Source: Myxococcales bacterium
GTDB taxonomy: Bacteria > Desulfobacterota > Binatia > UTPRO1 > JBBIJE01
NCBI GenBank assembly: GCA_037446155.1
Contig: JBBIJE010000008.1
Span: 94,049-158,048, forward strand
Direction: 5' to 3'
Length of the DNA stretch: 64,000 nucleotides
This document shows positions 1-8,806 of this stretch, piece by piece (position 1 is the stretch's first letter; each line of letters starts with the position of its first letter). A program made the position numbers and the translations under genes. The notes under the pieces were generated by a model. The model had not been told where the DNA came from, searched no databases, and worked only from the letters and a program-made list of their open reading frames with translations.

Positions 1-330
1 CCACATGAGGGCGAGCGCAAGCGAGATCTGGAGCTCCCCCCGAAAAATCAGGAATTTCCCCGCCGGAAACCACCACCAGTGGAGCAGGTGGAAGTTGGCT
101 AGCTCGTAGAGAAAACCCACTACGGCGGCGGCCGCGAAGCAGAACCCTGTCCCGCGGCGGGGTACGAGCACGGCCAAGAGTCCCATGACGACGCCGAACA
201 TGAAGATGACGTTCAAGGTGGGATAAACCGGCGAGCGGTATACCCAAAGCCTCGTGGCCCGAGCGAGCGTTTCCGCCAAGACGCCGAAGGCGGCTGCGGT
301 AACGAGTACATCGGCCTTTCGACGAAGCAC
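1..330 (-). CDS. Partial hydrophobic membrane protein. The N-terminal part lies in the window, the protein continues past position 1, and the start codon is uncertain (in-frame ATGs at 201 and 186; the ORF opens after a stop at 385-387).
   Basis: Open frame on the minus strand with no stop down to position 1. Translation reads ...LVTAAAFGVLAETLARATRLWVYRSPVYPTLNVIFMFGVVMGLLAVLVPRRGTGFCFAAAAVVGFLYELANFHLLHWWWFPAGKF... and is strongly hydrophobic. The ORF track omits it because the stop codon lies outside the window. Confidence 0.3.
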   Translation of the reverse strand, partial: MLRRKADVLVTAAAFGVLAETLARATRLWVYRSPVYPTLNVIFMFGVVMGLLAVLVPRRGTGFCFAAAAVVGFLYELANFHLLHWWWFPAGKFLIFRGELQISLALALMW

Positions 331-367
331 TTCTTCGTTCCTGAAGGGCGCTGCGGCGCTCGATAGG

Positions 368-1462
368 TCAACCCTCGAAAGAGCTTACCGTCGTGCGATT
401 GACCTCGTCGATGAGCTGGCGCAGCCTCCCGAAGTTGAAGCGGTTGAAGGGAATGACCAGGCGAGGCAGGTGAGCGATTTCGGCCTCGTCCTCTTGCGCG
501 AGCGCTCCTCTCTGCTCGATTCTTCCCCCCGTTAAGAGGTCGGAAAACCGCCGGTTTAGGTTGTTCAGAGCGGCGGCCCCGAGTGGCCGATTGAGCCTCA
601 TGACGAGGTTGTCTTCGACGTAACGGCACGAGTGATAAACGCGATAGAAAGTGGTAATCTCTTCCACTGCCTCGCTCACGCTCGCGGTTAGGCGAAAAAG
701 GTGCATGTCCTCCTCGGAGATCAAGGCGCGGCGGAGCAAGTGATCCTCGACGTAGCGCTTCCAGGTCTTCCAGTAAGTCCCTGTGGGCGAGTCGATGAGG
801 ACGATGGGAATCGGTTTCGTCTTGCCGGTTTGGACGAGCGTCAGCACTTCGAACCCCTCGTCATTGGTGCCGAAGCCTCCCGGGAAGAGCGCCACGGCAT
901 CGGCTTCCTTGACGAAAAAAAGCTTTCGCGTGAAGAAGTATTTGAAGCTCAAAAGCTTCCGATCGTTATCTATGAATTCGTTCGCCCGTTGCTCGAAGGG
1001 GAGGCGAATGTTGATGCCGAAGCTGTTTGCGCGCCCGGCCCCCTCCTGACATGCCCGCATGATGCCGTCCCCCGCGCCGGTTATGATCATGAACCCGGCT
1101 CTGGCCATCTGGCGGGCGAACTCACGCGCCTGCTCGTAAACCGGGTCCCCCTCGGGGGTTCGAGCGGAGCCGAACGTGCTCACCTTGCGCACCCCCCGGT
1201 ATGGGGCGAAGATCTTCATCGCAAGCCGCATTTCCTTCAGCGCGGCATTGAGCAGCTTGAGGTCGGCGATGGCGGGCTCGTCCCTGGCTAGCTTGACCAC
1301 CGTCGCCAGCATGTCGGCCACAAGCCTCGCCGCCGGCTTGTCCCGGGCAAGTTCCACTTCGCTCAGGAGCCTCGCGATCGCTTCCGACGGAAGCCGCCGC
1401 TTGCGCCTGCCCTTGCCCTCGGGGGCGGGCGCTTCCTTAGAGGACTCTTTTCTGGTAGCCAC
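368..1462 (-). CDS. LOG-family protein (cytokinin riboside 5'-monophosphate phosphoribohydrolase / PpnN-like nucleotide nucleosidase) with a C-terminal extension.
   Basis: Contains the LOG signature PGGFGTNDE, plus MIITGAGDGIM glycine-rich and Rossmann-like motifs. 364 aa. Confidence 0.7.
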   Translation of the reverse strand: MATRKESSKEAPAPEGKGRRKRRLPSEAIARLLSEVELARDKPAARLVADMLATVVKLARDEPAIADLKLLNAALKEMRLAMKIFAPYRGVRKVSTFGSARTPEGDPVYEQAREFARQMARAGFMIITGAGDGIMRACQEGAGRANSFGINIRLPFEQRANEFIDNDRKLLSFKYFFTRKLFFVKEADAVALFPGGFGTNDEGFEVLTLVQTGKTKPIPIVLIDSPTGTYWKTWKRYVEDHLLRRALISEEDMHLFRLTASVSEAVEEITTFYRVYHSCRYVEDNLVMRLNRPLGAAALNNLNRRFSDLLTGGRIEQRGALAQEDEAEIAHLPRLVIPFNRFNFGRLRQLIDEVNRTTVSSFEG

Positions 1463-1519
1463 GCTGCAGATTCTAGCATCCGGCGGGGCTTCCGGGGACC
1501 GAGGAATTTACCTACTCTT

Positions 1520-2347
1520 ATGGGGTCGATGCGTGAGCGTTTCTCGCGGGCAAGGAATCGCCTAGTGGCTCGGATTCTGGGATATTCTCCGCGCTTGTCC
1601 GACCGCTGGGCGAAAGCCTTCGCGGCAAGAGTGGAAAGCGGTCCCATCCCGTGGGCGAAGCCGCGCGCGGCAGTCCGGCATTGCCGCTTGGCTCTGGTAA
1701 CGACCGCCGGCCTCCACCTCGAGCACGAGCCCCCGTTCGAGATGTCCGACCCGGCCGGGGATCCGACCTTTCGCGTGATTCCCGACCGCGTCGATCCGAG
1801 GTCGATCAGGATCACCCATGACTACTACGACCACCGGGATGCCGAGCGCGACGTAAACGTCGTATTCCCCATCGAGCGGCTGCACGAGCTCGTTAGCGCC
1901 GGCGAAGTCGGTTCGTCTGCTCCACGCCACTTTAGCTTCATGGGCCACGTGCTTTCGCGGCACATCCCCCGCCTGGTGCGGGAAACCGCGCCTGAAGTCG
2001 CGGAGCGCTTGAAAAGCGATCGCGTGGAGTGCGTTCTTCTCACACCGGCTTGAGGGGTCTGCAATCAGTCCGTCGGACTGATCGCTCGCGTGATCGAAGG
2101 GGCGGGGATACCGACCGTGGCGGTAAGCTTGAAGCGCGAGATCACCGCCAAGGTCAAACCTCCCCGCGCCATCTTCCTGCGCTGGCCGTTCGGCCATCCG
2201 CTGGGCCGCCCGGGCGCGAGGGAACAGCACCTGAGTGTCATGCGGGCCGCGCTCGAGCTCTTGGAGGAGGCTCAGGAACCCGGAGTTATCCGCGATCTTC
2301 GCATTCCCTGGCGGCCCAGCCGTTTTCCTCGAGACCAGGTGGGATAG
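1520..2347 (+). CDS. Putative selenoprotein of the glycine/sarcosine/betaine/D-proline reductase protein B (GrdB/PrdB-like) family, with selenocysteine encoded by the in-frame TGA at 2051-2053.
   Basis: ORFs 1520..2053 and 2090..2347 are in the same frame and are separated only by TGA. Coding-like GC3 continues across the TGA. The TGA sits in a ...LLTPA-U-GVCNQS... context (UxxC). A hairpin follows about 8-10 nt downstream. The second ORF would otherwise need a weak GTG start with no RBS. Confidence 0.5.
2061..2085 (+). promoter_or_regulatory. Candidate bacterial SECIS-like hairpin immediately downstream of the in-frame UGA.
   Basis: atcagtcc (2064-2071) pairs with ggactgat (2075-2082). It is extended by g2061-c2085 and c2062-g2084 around a mismatch at a2063/c2083, and begins 8 nt after the UGA at 2051-2053. 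Confidence 0.35.
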
Positions 2348-2351
2348 GGGG

Positions 2352-3353
2352 TCAGCCCCTCTGGGCCCACCACGCAGGGTAGGGAATATTATCGACGCAG
2401 ACGTCGTGGACCTCCGCGGCCGCGCACCCGTGGGCCCTCAATACTTTGCAGAGCTTGAATCTTCCCAGGCGGCTCGGGCGCTGGTAGAGGCGCACCAGAC
2501 AGTCTCCGGTCTGAGTGTTCCAGCACTCCGAGGTAGCGTAGGTGGGAGAGGTGTAAACGAATTTCAGGACGAGCCGCGGGTCGGTTCGGATATCGACGAG
2601 GAGCTTGAAGGGACCCTGGTACGCCTCGAAGGACCAATAGCCGAGGCCGGCTCGGGCGCGGTTGAAGAAAAGGTCCGAGACCCCGCTCGCCTCTATCTTG
2701 TAATCGCTCGCGTAAAGATTCGCGAAGGTGAGATCGACGCCGCCTGGCACCCCCGCAGAAAGAAGCTCGACGACGGCACCTTCGTCCTCCTCGAAATTGC
2801 AGCAATGCCCCCAAAGCCAACGGGCGGCCCGCTCCGTTCCCCAATGATGCGCTTGATGGCCCGGTGCGCCGCTCACGGTGCGGGTCGACCCGTTTATGCT
2901 CACCCTGCCGCTCAGAAAAACCTTGGGGTTGGGGATGGTGACGGAGCTTCGGCTTTGGGTTAGGGCGCGAAGTGGGCCGCCGAAGAAGTAGTGCGGGTTC
3001 AAGGCGGGCCGGTAGGTCAGGTCCCAATCGACGCGCTTGCCGTAAGCCTCGAACGCTCCGCTCAAAGCCCCCTCGCGCAGACTCGCCGGCCCGATCGCTA
3101 GATCCAAAACGCCCTGGGCGAGCCTGATCTCGCTGGCCGGGAAGGTCTTGCTGATGGCTAGGTTCAGATCCGGGTTTCGCCTGCACGTGTAACCGAACCA
3201 TAGGGTGCCCCCCGCAGCCGGGTGAGTGTCGAGGGGGTTCAAAAGCGTGTAGCGGATCCAGTACCCGTCGCCAGTTTGTGGATCGGTAAAAATGAAGTAC
3301 CAAACTTCGTAGAATTTGCTTCTGCTTCCGTCCCATCGCGGTGTGTTAGGCAT
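2352..3353 (-). CDS. CrtC/AttH-like protein (hydroxyneurosporene-synthase-like, lipocalin-type fold); function unknown.
   Basis: N-terminal region KFYEVWYFIFTDPQTGDGYWIRYTLL resembles the EWWY...dG..y motif of the CrtC/AttH family. Start chosen at ATG 3353, which is preceded by AAGGAGGG. Confidence 0.35.
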   Translation of the reverse strand: MPNTPRWDGSRSKFYEVWYFIFTDPQTGDGYWIRYTLLNPLDTHPAAGGTLWFGYTCRRNPDLNLAISKTFPASEIRLAQGVLDLAIGPASLREGALSGAFEAYGKRVDWDLTYRPALNPHYFFGGPLRALTQSRSSVTIPNPKVFLSGRVSINGSTRTVSGAPGHQAHHWGTERAARWLWGHCCNFEEDEGAVVELLSAGVPGGVDLTFANLYASDYKIEASGVSDLFFNRARAGLGYWSFEAYQGPFKLLVDIRTDPRLVLKFVYTSPTYATSECWNTQTGDCLVRLYQRPSRLGRFKLCKVLRAHGCAAAEVHDVCVDNIPYPAWWAQRG

Positions 3354-4866
3354 CGCTCCCTCCTTTTCTCGGGGCATCGCCGCCTGGCAAGTAGTAGAGA
3401 CTCGCCCAGGCGCCGCGTTTGGTACGCGCCCGCATCTCCAAACGCGCCCTCCCGCTCTGCTCGATCAGCCGCCAGGAGTCGGCCGTCAAATCTTCCTCCG
3501 CGACCGCAAGCCACGCACGCCCGCGGATCAGAAGGCGCTCGAGGGCCGCGGGGCCGAGGGGGAAGCTTTGCGGAGCTTGCGGGAGCTCGGCGAAGAAGGC
3601 GATACGCGGATCGCGCGCCACCACCACCTCGCCGGCAGCCCCTGCAATTCTGCTCGCGAACGCTTCCAGGTAAGGCTCGCAGGTGGAAACCCGAAGGCCC
3701 TTGGCCAGGATCAAGGTGCACGTCAATGCCACCATGGCACCTGCTACCTTAATGCCGTGCCGCCTCTCCAGCCACCGATAGGCGACCTCGAAGCCGACCC
3801 CGCACCATATCGTTGCCAGCGGAACGAGCGCGGCGTAGAAGCGCCGATTGACGAAAAGCAACGCGAAGAGCCCGACGTAGAACCAGACCACGAGGTGGAG
3901 AAAGCCATCCAGAGCCAAGCGCCGCCTCCTGCATTCGACGATCCCTATGAGCAGGAAGGGAACGAACGCGAAGTGAAGGCAGTCGGCGAAGGCCACGAAG
4001 GTCCGCGGCACGTCGATCGCAAGCTTTCTCGGCACGAGCGGCATTCTCTCGCGCAGCGCCTCGAGAAAACCGATCCTCGCGCTCTCCTCTTGGGGTATCA
4101 CCCTGCCTTGCCCGGTAGCCTCGCGTATTCCCAGGCTCAAAACGTTGGCCGTCTTGCGGGAAAGGACGAGGTGCCCGGTATCCAGTCGCAGGTAGTAGAT
4201 ATACGGTAGCGCGACGAGAGCGGCGAGGAGCAAAGGCTGGCCGGCTTCCCATATGTGCTTGATGGAGCTTGCCGGTTTGCTTCGGTGGGCCCGTGCCGCG
4301 GCCAGCCCGAGCGGCAGAGCAAGAGCGAGGCCTTCCGGCCTGACGAGATACGAAAAGCCGCACGCAATGCCGCTCAAGCGAAGCCAAGCCAACTTCCGTT
4401 CGCTCTGCAGGGAGCGTACCGCGAGCCAGACCGCCAAGAGGAAGAGGAAACCATAAAGCGCCTCGCTCCGTACCGTGGCCGCGTACCTGGCAGGATAGGG
4501 GCATAGGGCGGTGCCCAGCAGGGATGCCGCGAACGCCAGGGGACCAACGCGAGCCGCGCTGAGCAAGGCCGCAAGGGGCACAAGGGCCAGAGTGCTGCTC
4601 GCAATCGCAAGCAAGATCCCGGCTTTCCGGAAATTATCGAGCAACAGTCCAACGGCCGCAATCGCCGCTGGGTAGCCCGGAGGGTAGAAGGAGGAAAGCG
4701 CGTCCCGCCAATTTCCTTGCGCTATCTCGGTCGCCGCCTGCAGGTAGCGGATTCCATCAACGGATAGACAGATCCCGGCGCTTGCCAGGTAAAGGCGAAG
4801 CCAAATCGCCGCGGAGGCCGCCGCTACCAGTGCCACAACTTGCGCGCGGGTTGACATGCCCGACAA
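3346..4866 (-). CDS. Glycosyltransferase family 39 / ArnT-PMT-like integral membrane glycosyltransferase with a C-terminal soluble domain.
   Basis: Multi-TM N-terminal half, about 300 aa, reads ...GIRYLQAATEIAQGNW...FYPPGYPAAIAAVGLLL..., typical of PMT_2/ArnT-like transferases. 506 aa. Its stop lies 4 bp from the start of the downstream gene. Confidence 0.5.
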   Translation of the reverse strand: MSGMSTRAQVVALVAAASAAIWLRLYLASAGICLSVDGIRYLQAATEIAQGNWRDALSSFYPPGYPAAIAAVGLLLDNFRKAGILLAIASSTLALVPLAALLSAARVGPLAFAASLLGTALCPYPARYAATVRSEALYGFLFLLAVWLAVRSLQSERKLAWLRLSGIACGFSYLVRPEGLALALPLGLAAARAHRSKPASSIKHIWEAGQPLLLAALVALPYIYYLRLDTGHLVLSRKTANVLSLGIREATGQGRVIPQEESARIGFLEALRERMPLVPRKLAIDVPRTFVAFADCLHFAFVPFLLIGIVECRRRRLALDGFLHLVVWFYVGLFALLFVNRRFYAALVPLATIWCGVGFEVAYRWLERRHGIKVAGAMVALTCTLILAKGLRVSTCEPYLEAFASRIAGAAGEVVVARDPRIAFFAELPQAPQSFPLGPAALERLLIRGRAWLAVAEEDLTADSWRLIEQSGRARLEMRARTKRGAWASLYYLPGGDAPRKGGSDA

Positions 4867-4955
4867 CCGGCAGGAGGATAGAGGAGGTCGGGCGGGCTGT
4901 AAAGCGGGGCCGCTCGAGTGCCGCGATTGTTGGCAGGTTCGGCATCTGCTAGGAG

Positions 4956-6098
4956 ATGACTGTGACGGCGCGCGAAAAACTGGCGCGTATTCGAGGGGAA
5001 CTCGAGGACCTTCTCTTCGAGCGGTCCCAGGTGATAGAGGGTGCCCTCACCGCGCTTTTGAGCTGCCAGCACCTGCTCGTGATCGGTCCCCCCGGCACGG
5101 CGAAGTCGATGCTCGCTGAAGAGCTTTGCAGGCGCGTCGAGGGTGCTGAATACTTCCAATGGTTGCTCACGCGATTTAGCACGCCCGAGGAGCTCTTCGG
5201 CGCCGTGAGCCTGCGCGCGCTGGAGCGGGACGATTACCGACGCGTGACGGCACGGAAGCTCCCCGAGGCACACATCGCGTTTCTGGACGAGATCTTCAAG
5301 GCGAACTCTTCCATTCTGAACGCCATCCTCGCGCTCATGAACGAGCGCATATTCCACAACGGCTGCGAGCGCGTGCCCGTGCCACTGCTCACTCTGGTAG
5401 GCGCTAGCAACGAGCTGCCGGAGGAGGACGAACTGCAGGCGCTCTACGACCGGTTTCTCATTCGCTTCGTCGTGGACTACATCGGCGAGGACTTCAGATT
5501 CATCAAGATGCTCCAAAATAGGTCGCGCGCCCAGGTGACCACCGTATCATTGGCAGAGCTTACCGTGATGCAAGAGGAGGCGGCGCTGGTGGAGGTACCG
5601 GGCGCGGCGGTGCGGCTCATCTGCGATATCCGGCGCGAGCTCGGCCGCAAGAAGATCGTGGCCTCGGACAGACGCTATCGCCAGGCCGTCGAGGCGCTCA
5701 AAGCTCACGCATTTCTCCACGGCAGGGGCGAGGTCTCCGAAGATGACATCGGGTTTTTGGCCAACATCCTGTGGAAGGAGCCGAGCGAGCGAGGCGAAGT
5801 GGCAGCCACGATCCACCAGCTTCTGCACGGGCACGAGGACGAGGTGCGAGAACTCCTGTACCAGAGCCGCGAGTTGGCGGAGTATGCCCTCAGACCCTGG
5901 GGAAGCGAGGACCTGGCGCGAAGGGCGAGGGTCGAGGCACACGCGAAGATGCGTCGGATACTGGAGAAACTCGACGAAATAGCGGCCGGGGCACGCGGCT
6001 TGGGTCGCCCGTTGGGAGAAGTAATGGCCATAAGAAAAGAGATAGAAGCCCTGCAAGAAAAGGTCGCGGGGAGCGTGAGAGAGATCCGGGGAGGATAG
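4956..6098 (+). CDS. ravA: RavA-like MoxR-family AAA+ ATPase.
   Basis: Walker A LLVIGPPGTAKS and Walker B IAFLDEIFKA. The block FQWLLTRFSTPEELFG...LPEAHIAFLDEIFKANSSILNAILALMNERIFHNG...ASNELPEEDELQALYDRFLIRF aligns closely by eye to E. coli RavA. Confidence 0.8.
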   Translation: MTVTAREKLARIRGELEDLLFERSQVIEGALTALLSCQHLLVIGPPGTAKSMLAEELCRRVEGAEYFQWLLTRFSTPEELFGAVSLRALERDDYRRVTARKLPEAHIAFLDEIFKANSSILNAILALMNERIFHNGCERVPVPLLTLVGASNELPEEDELQALYDRFLIRFVVDYIGEDFRFIKMLQNRSRAQVTTVSLAELTVMQEEAALVEVPGAAVRLICDIRRELGRKKIVASDRRYRQAVEALKAHAFLHGRGEVSEDDIGFLANILWKEPSERGEVAATIHQLLHGHEDEVRELLYQSRELAEYALRPWGSEDLARRARVEAHAKMRRILEKLDEIAAGARGLGRPLGEVMAIRKEIEALQEKVAGSVREIRGG

Positions 6099-7652
6099 GT
6101 GCGCGCCCGGAGGCCAGAAGAGGGCTGTTGGATCGAAAGCGACTCCTACGATCGAGCCGCCCTGGCGCAGACCCTGTTGTCATGTGCGCAGGCCCATGCG
6201 GTGGTGGAGGCGGGGGAGCGCCTTCTGCCCCACTTTTCGGCGCTGGTGCAGGATATCTTTTGCCTGCTCTTCAAGTACACCATCGTCTATCGGCCTGCGC
6301 ACGCCATGCCGCCGAGCGCGCGATTGAACCTCACGCTGCTCAAGGCGCTCGAGGAAGGGCCGGCTTATCCCCTTCTTCGAGCGACGACGCTCCTGGAGGA
6401 GGACAAAGCCGGCCTTGCGGCTCTGATGATACTGGAAGAGATCGTGGAGCTTTTGCGAAGCGAGAAGATGTTGAACCGCCGGGAGATCCTGGCTTTGTGG
6501 GAGCTTAAAGAGGGAGAAGAGGAGGCGTGGGAGTCGGTCGAGATGGAAAGGAGCGCCGAGCAGCTCTATGGCGCTGGGACCGGCGGTAGGAGCAGGAAGG
6601 GGGCGCAGAGCCTGAAGCAGTTCAGGGCCGAGCAGATCCGAGCCAGGGGCCGGGTGCGCGCGCTCGCCGCCCGCAGCGCCTACGCAACCGAGGAGATCCC
6701 CGAGGGGGTGAGAGGGGAACTTGCGGCTGTTTGCGCGCGTGCGTGCGAGGGTGTGGAAGCCGCCAGCCGACATCTCGACGAGTGGGAAAGGGTCTTGGGA
6801 GGGCGGTGCGGCAATCTGCCAGCGGCGAAGCTCGAGCTCGCCCACAGACTGGCCAAGAGCCCGAAGCTAAGAAAGCTCTCGCTCTTGGTGGGGCGGATGC
6901 GGGAGCTTGCCTGCGCCATGCGCCGGCGCGTCTTGGAGCGCTCGAGCGAAGAGGTTTACGAGATAGGCCAGGGGGCTGAACTCGGTCGCCTTCTGCCCTG
7001 CGAGTTGGTGCGGCTTACACACGCCAAATTGCGCGGCGACTTCTGCCGGCGCCTGTTGGAACGGCAGCTTCTGGTTTACGAGCTTGCGGGGAGTGGCCGC
7101 CGGGGGCGGGGGCCGATGGTCGTGTGCTTGGATTGCAGCGGGTCGATGGCGGGAGAAAAGGAGCTTTGGAGCAAGGCGGTTGCCCTTACCCTCCTCGACA
7201 TCGCTCGGCGCCAGCGGCGTCGCTTTCGCGCCGTCTGTTTCGCCGGTGCGCCGAGCCAGCTAGGCATTATGGAATTCGGTACCAGAGGGGGGTACGGCGG
7301 GAGTTTGGCTGGGGCGCTCGATCTCGCCGAGTATTTCCCGGGCGGGGGCACCGATTTCCAAATCGCGCTGGATGCGGCGATCGACGGCATCCGCGGCGTG
7401 GCAGAGGGAGGCTCACGGATGCGATGGGGCCGCGCCGACATCGTGCTCATCACCGACGGCGAGTGCCGGGTGGAAGCCGAATGGTTGGAAAGATTCCGCC
7501 AGGCCAAGCGGCGAATCGGCTTTTCCCTTTACTCCGTCCTGGTGGACACGGGTCCGAGCTTCGAGGGAACGGTCCTGGAACTCAGCGACCGGGTAACGAG
7601 CGTAACCCGCCTGAGCGCCGAGGGCGCCAGAGAGGTTTTCCTCGGGCTCTAG
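6099..7652 (+). CDS. viaA: ViaA-like von Willebrand factor A domain protein, partner of RavA.
   Basis: C-terminal VWA domain with a MIDAS-like motif VVCLDCSGSMAG, then GGGTDF and VLITDGE. The region RRLLERQLLVYEL resembles E. coli ViaA. The gene is coupled to ravA (its start immediately follows the ravA stop). Confidence 0.7.
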   Translation: MRARRPEEGCWIESDSYDRAALAQTLLSCAQAHAVVEAGERLLPHFSALVQDIFCLLFKYTIVYRPAHAMPPSARLNLTLLKALEEGPAYPLLRATTLLEEDKAGLAALMILEEIVELLRSEKMLNRREILALWELKEGEEEAWESVEMERSAEQLYGAGTGGRSRKGAQSLKQFRAEQIRARGRVRALAARSAYATEEIPEGVRGELAAVCARACEGVEAASRHLDEWERVLGGRCGNLPAAKLELAHRLAKSPKLRKLSLLVGRMRELACAMRRRVLERSSEEVYEIGQGAELGRLLPCELVRLTHAKLRGDFCRRLLERQLLVYELAGSGRRGRGPMVVCLDCSGSMAGEKELWSKAVALTLLDIARRQRRRFRAVCFAGAPSQLGIMEFGTRGGYGGSLAGALDLAEYFPGGGTDFQIALDAAIDGIRGVAEGGSRMRWGRADIVLITDGECRVEAEWLERFRQAKRRIGFSLYSVLVDTGPSFEGTVLELSDRVTSVTRLSAEGAREVFLGL

Positions 7653-7719
7653 CCTTTAAGACGACCTTCAGGCCGGCTCGCCTCGCTCTTCTTGCGTCGG
7701 CCAAAGAGGCGTCGGCGCG

Positions 7720-8661
7720 TCAGAGCCCTTCCATCAAGACTGTGCTCAAGTAGCGGTCGGCGCCGCTCGGCAGGACCGCCACGATGAGCTTACCAGCACT
7801 CTCCGAGCGCCTGGCGACCTGAAGCGCCACCCAAGCCGCCGCACCGCTCGAGATGCCGCACGCTATCCCCTCTAGTCGTGCCAAATCGCGGGCGGTCTTG
7901 ACTGCGTCGGAGTCGGTAACGGTGACTACCTCGTCGATTATCTTGGTGTTCAATACCTCGGGAACGAAGCCCGCTCCGATCCCTTGAATCTTGTGGGGGC
8001 CCGGGCTGCCCCCCGAAAGGACGGGCGAGGCGGCCGGCTCGACGGCAATTGCCTTGAAACTCTGCTTTCTGGGTTTTATTACCTCTGCTACGCCGGTTAT
8101 CGTCCCCCCCGTGCCGACCCCGGAAACCAAAATGTCCACCTTGCCGTCGGTGTCGCGCCAGATCTCCTCCGCGGTCGTGCGCCGGTGGATTTCCGGGTTT
8201 GCCGGGTTGCGGAACTGCTGCGGCATGAAGGCGCGCGGCGTGCTTTTTACGATCTCGTCGGCTTTCGCGATCGCCCCCCGCATTCCCTCTGCCGCGGGCG
8301 TCAGCACCAGCTCGGCGCCGAGCAGGCGCAGCAGGCGCCGCCTCTCTTCGCTCATCGACTCCGGCATCGTGAGGATGAGCCGGTAGCCCTTGGCAGCCGC
8401 CACGAAGGCGAGCGCTATTCCCGTGTTTCCGCTCGTCGGTTCCACCAGAACGGATCCCGGCCCGATCTTTCCCGCCCGCTCGGCGGCCTCGATCATGCTT
8501 ACGCCTATGCGGTCCTTGACGCTGCTCAAAGGGTTGAAGAACTCGAGCTTGGCGTAGATGGTCGCCTTGACGCCTTCGGTGATACGGTTCAGCCGGACCA
8601 TGGGGGTGTTCCCAATCGTCTCGGTTATGCTGTCGAACAATCTCGCCATCGTCTCCTCCAA
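7720..8661 (-). CDS. cysK: Cysteine synthase A (O-acetylserine sulfhydrylase).
   Basis: PLP-lysine motif SSVKDR, plus GNTGIALA and GTGGTITG loops. 313 aa with a typical CysK start, ...[11 protein letters not shown]. Confidence 0.85.
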   Translation of the reverse strand: MEETMARLFDSITETIGNTPMVRLNRITEGVKATIYAKLEFFNPLSSVKDRIGVSMIEAAERAGKIGPGSVLVEPTSGNTGIALAFVAAAKGYRLILTMPESMSEERRRLLRLLGAELVLTPAAEGMRGAIAKADEIVKSTPRAFMPQQFRNPANPEIHRRTTAEEIWRDTDGKVDILVSGVGTGGTITGVAEVIKPRKQSFKAIAVEPAASPVLSGGSPGPHKIQGIGAGFVPEVLNTKIIDEVVTVTDSDAVKTARDLARLEGIACGISSGAAAWVALQVARRSESAGKLIVAVLPSGADRYLSTVLMEGL

Positions 8662-8806
8662 TCAGGTCTTGTTAGAAGCGCCGCCCTCGCGGCACAACCC
8701 CGGGTTGGTCTCGCTCACCGGCCCCTACCCTACTATAGCTGGGCGGCGTTGGAAAAGAGGGATGGCGGCTGGGGATTCGGCTCCCTGGCTGCCGGCCCTG
8801 AGGCGT

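Noticed and set aside
2090-2347. Separate 85-aa ORF listed in the ORF track.
   Set aside because: It is in the same frame as 1520..2053 and separated from it only by TGA. It has a weak GTG start and no RBS. It is better explained as the C-terminal part of a Sec-containing readthrough protein.
1562-4504. Long antisense or overlapping ORFs (for example 1562..2230-, 2235..2963+, 2389..3336-, 3222..3752+, 3316..4209+, 3749..4504-).
   Set aside because: These are high-GC artefacts: Arg/Pro/Gly-rich, low-complexity translations that overlap genes with clear family signatures on the other strand or frame.
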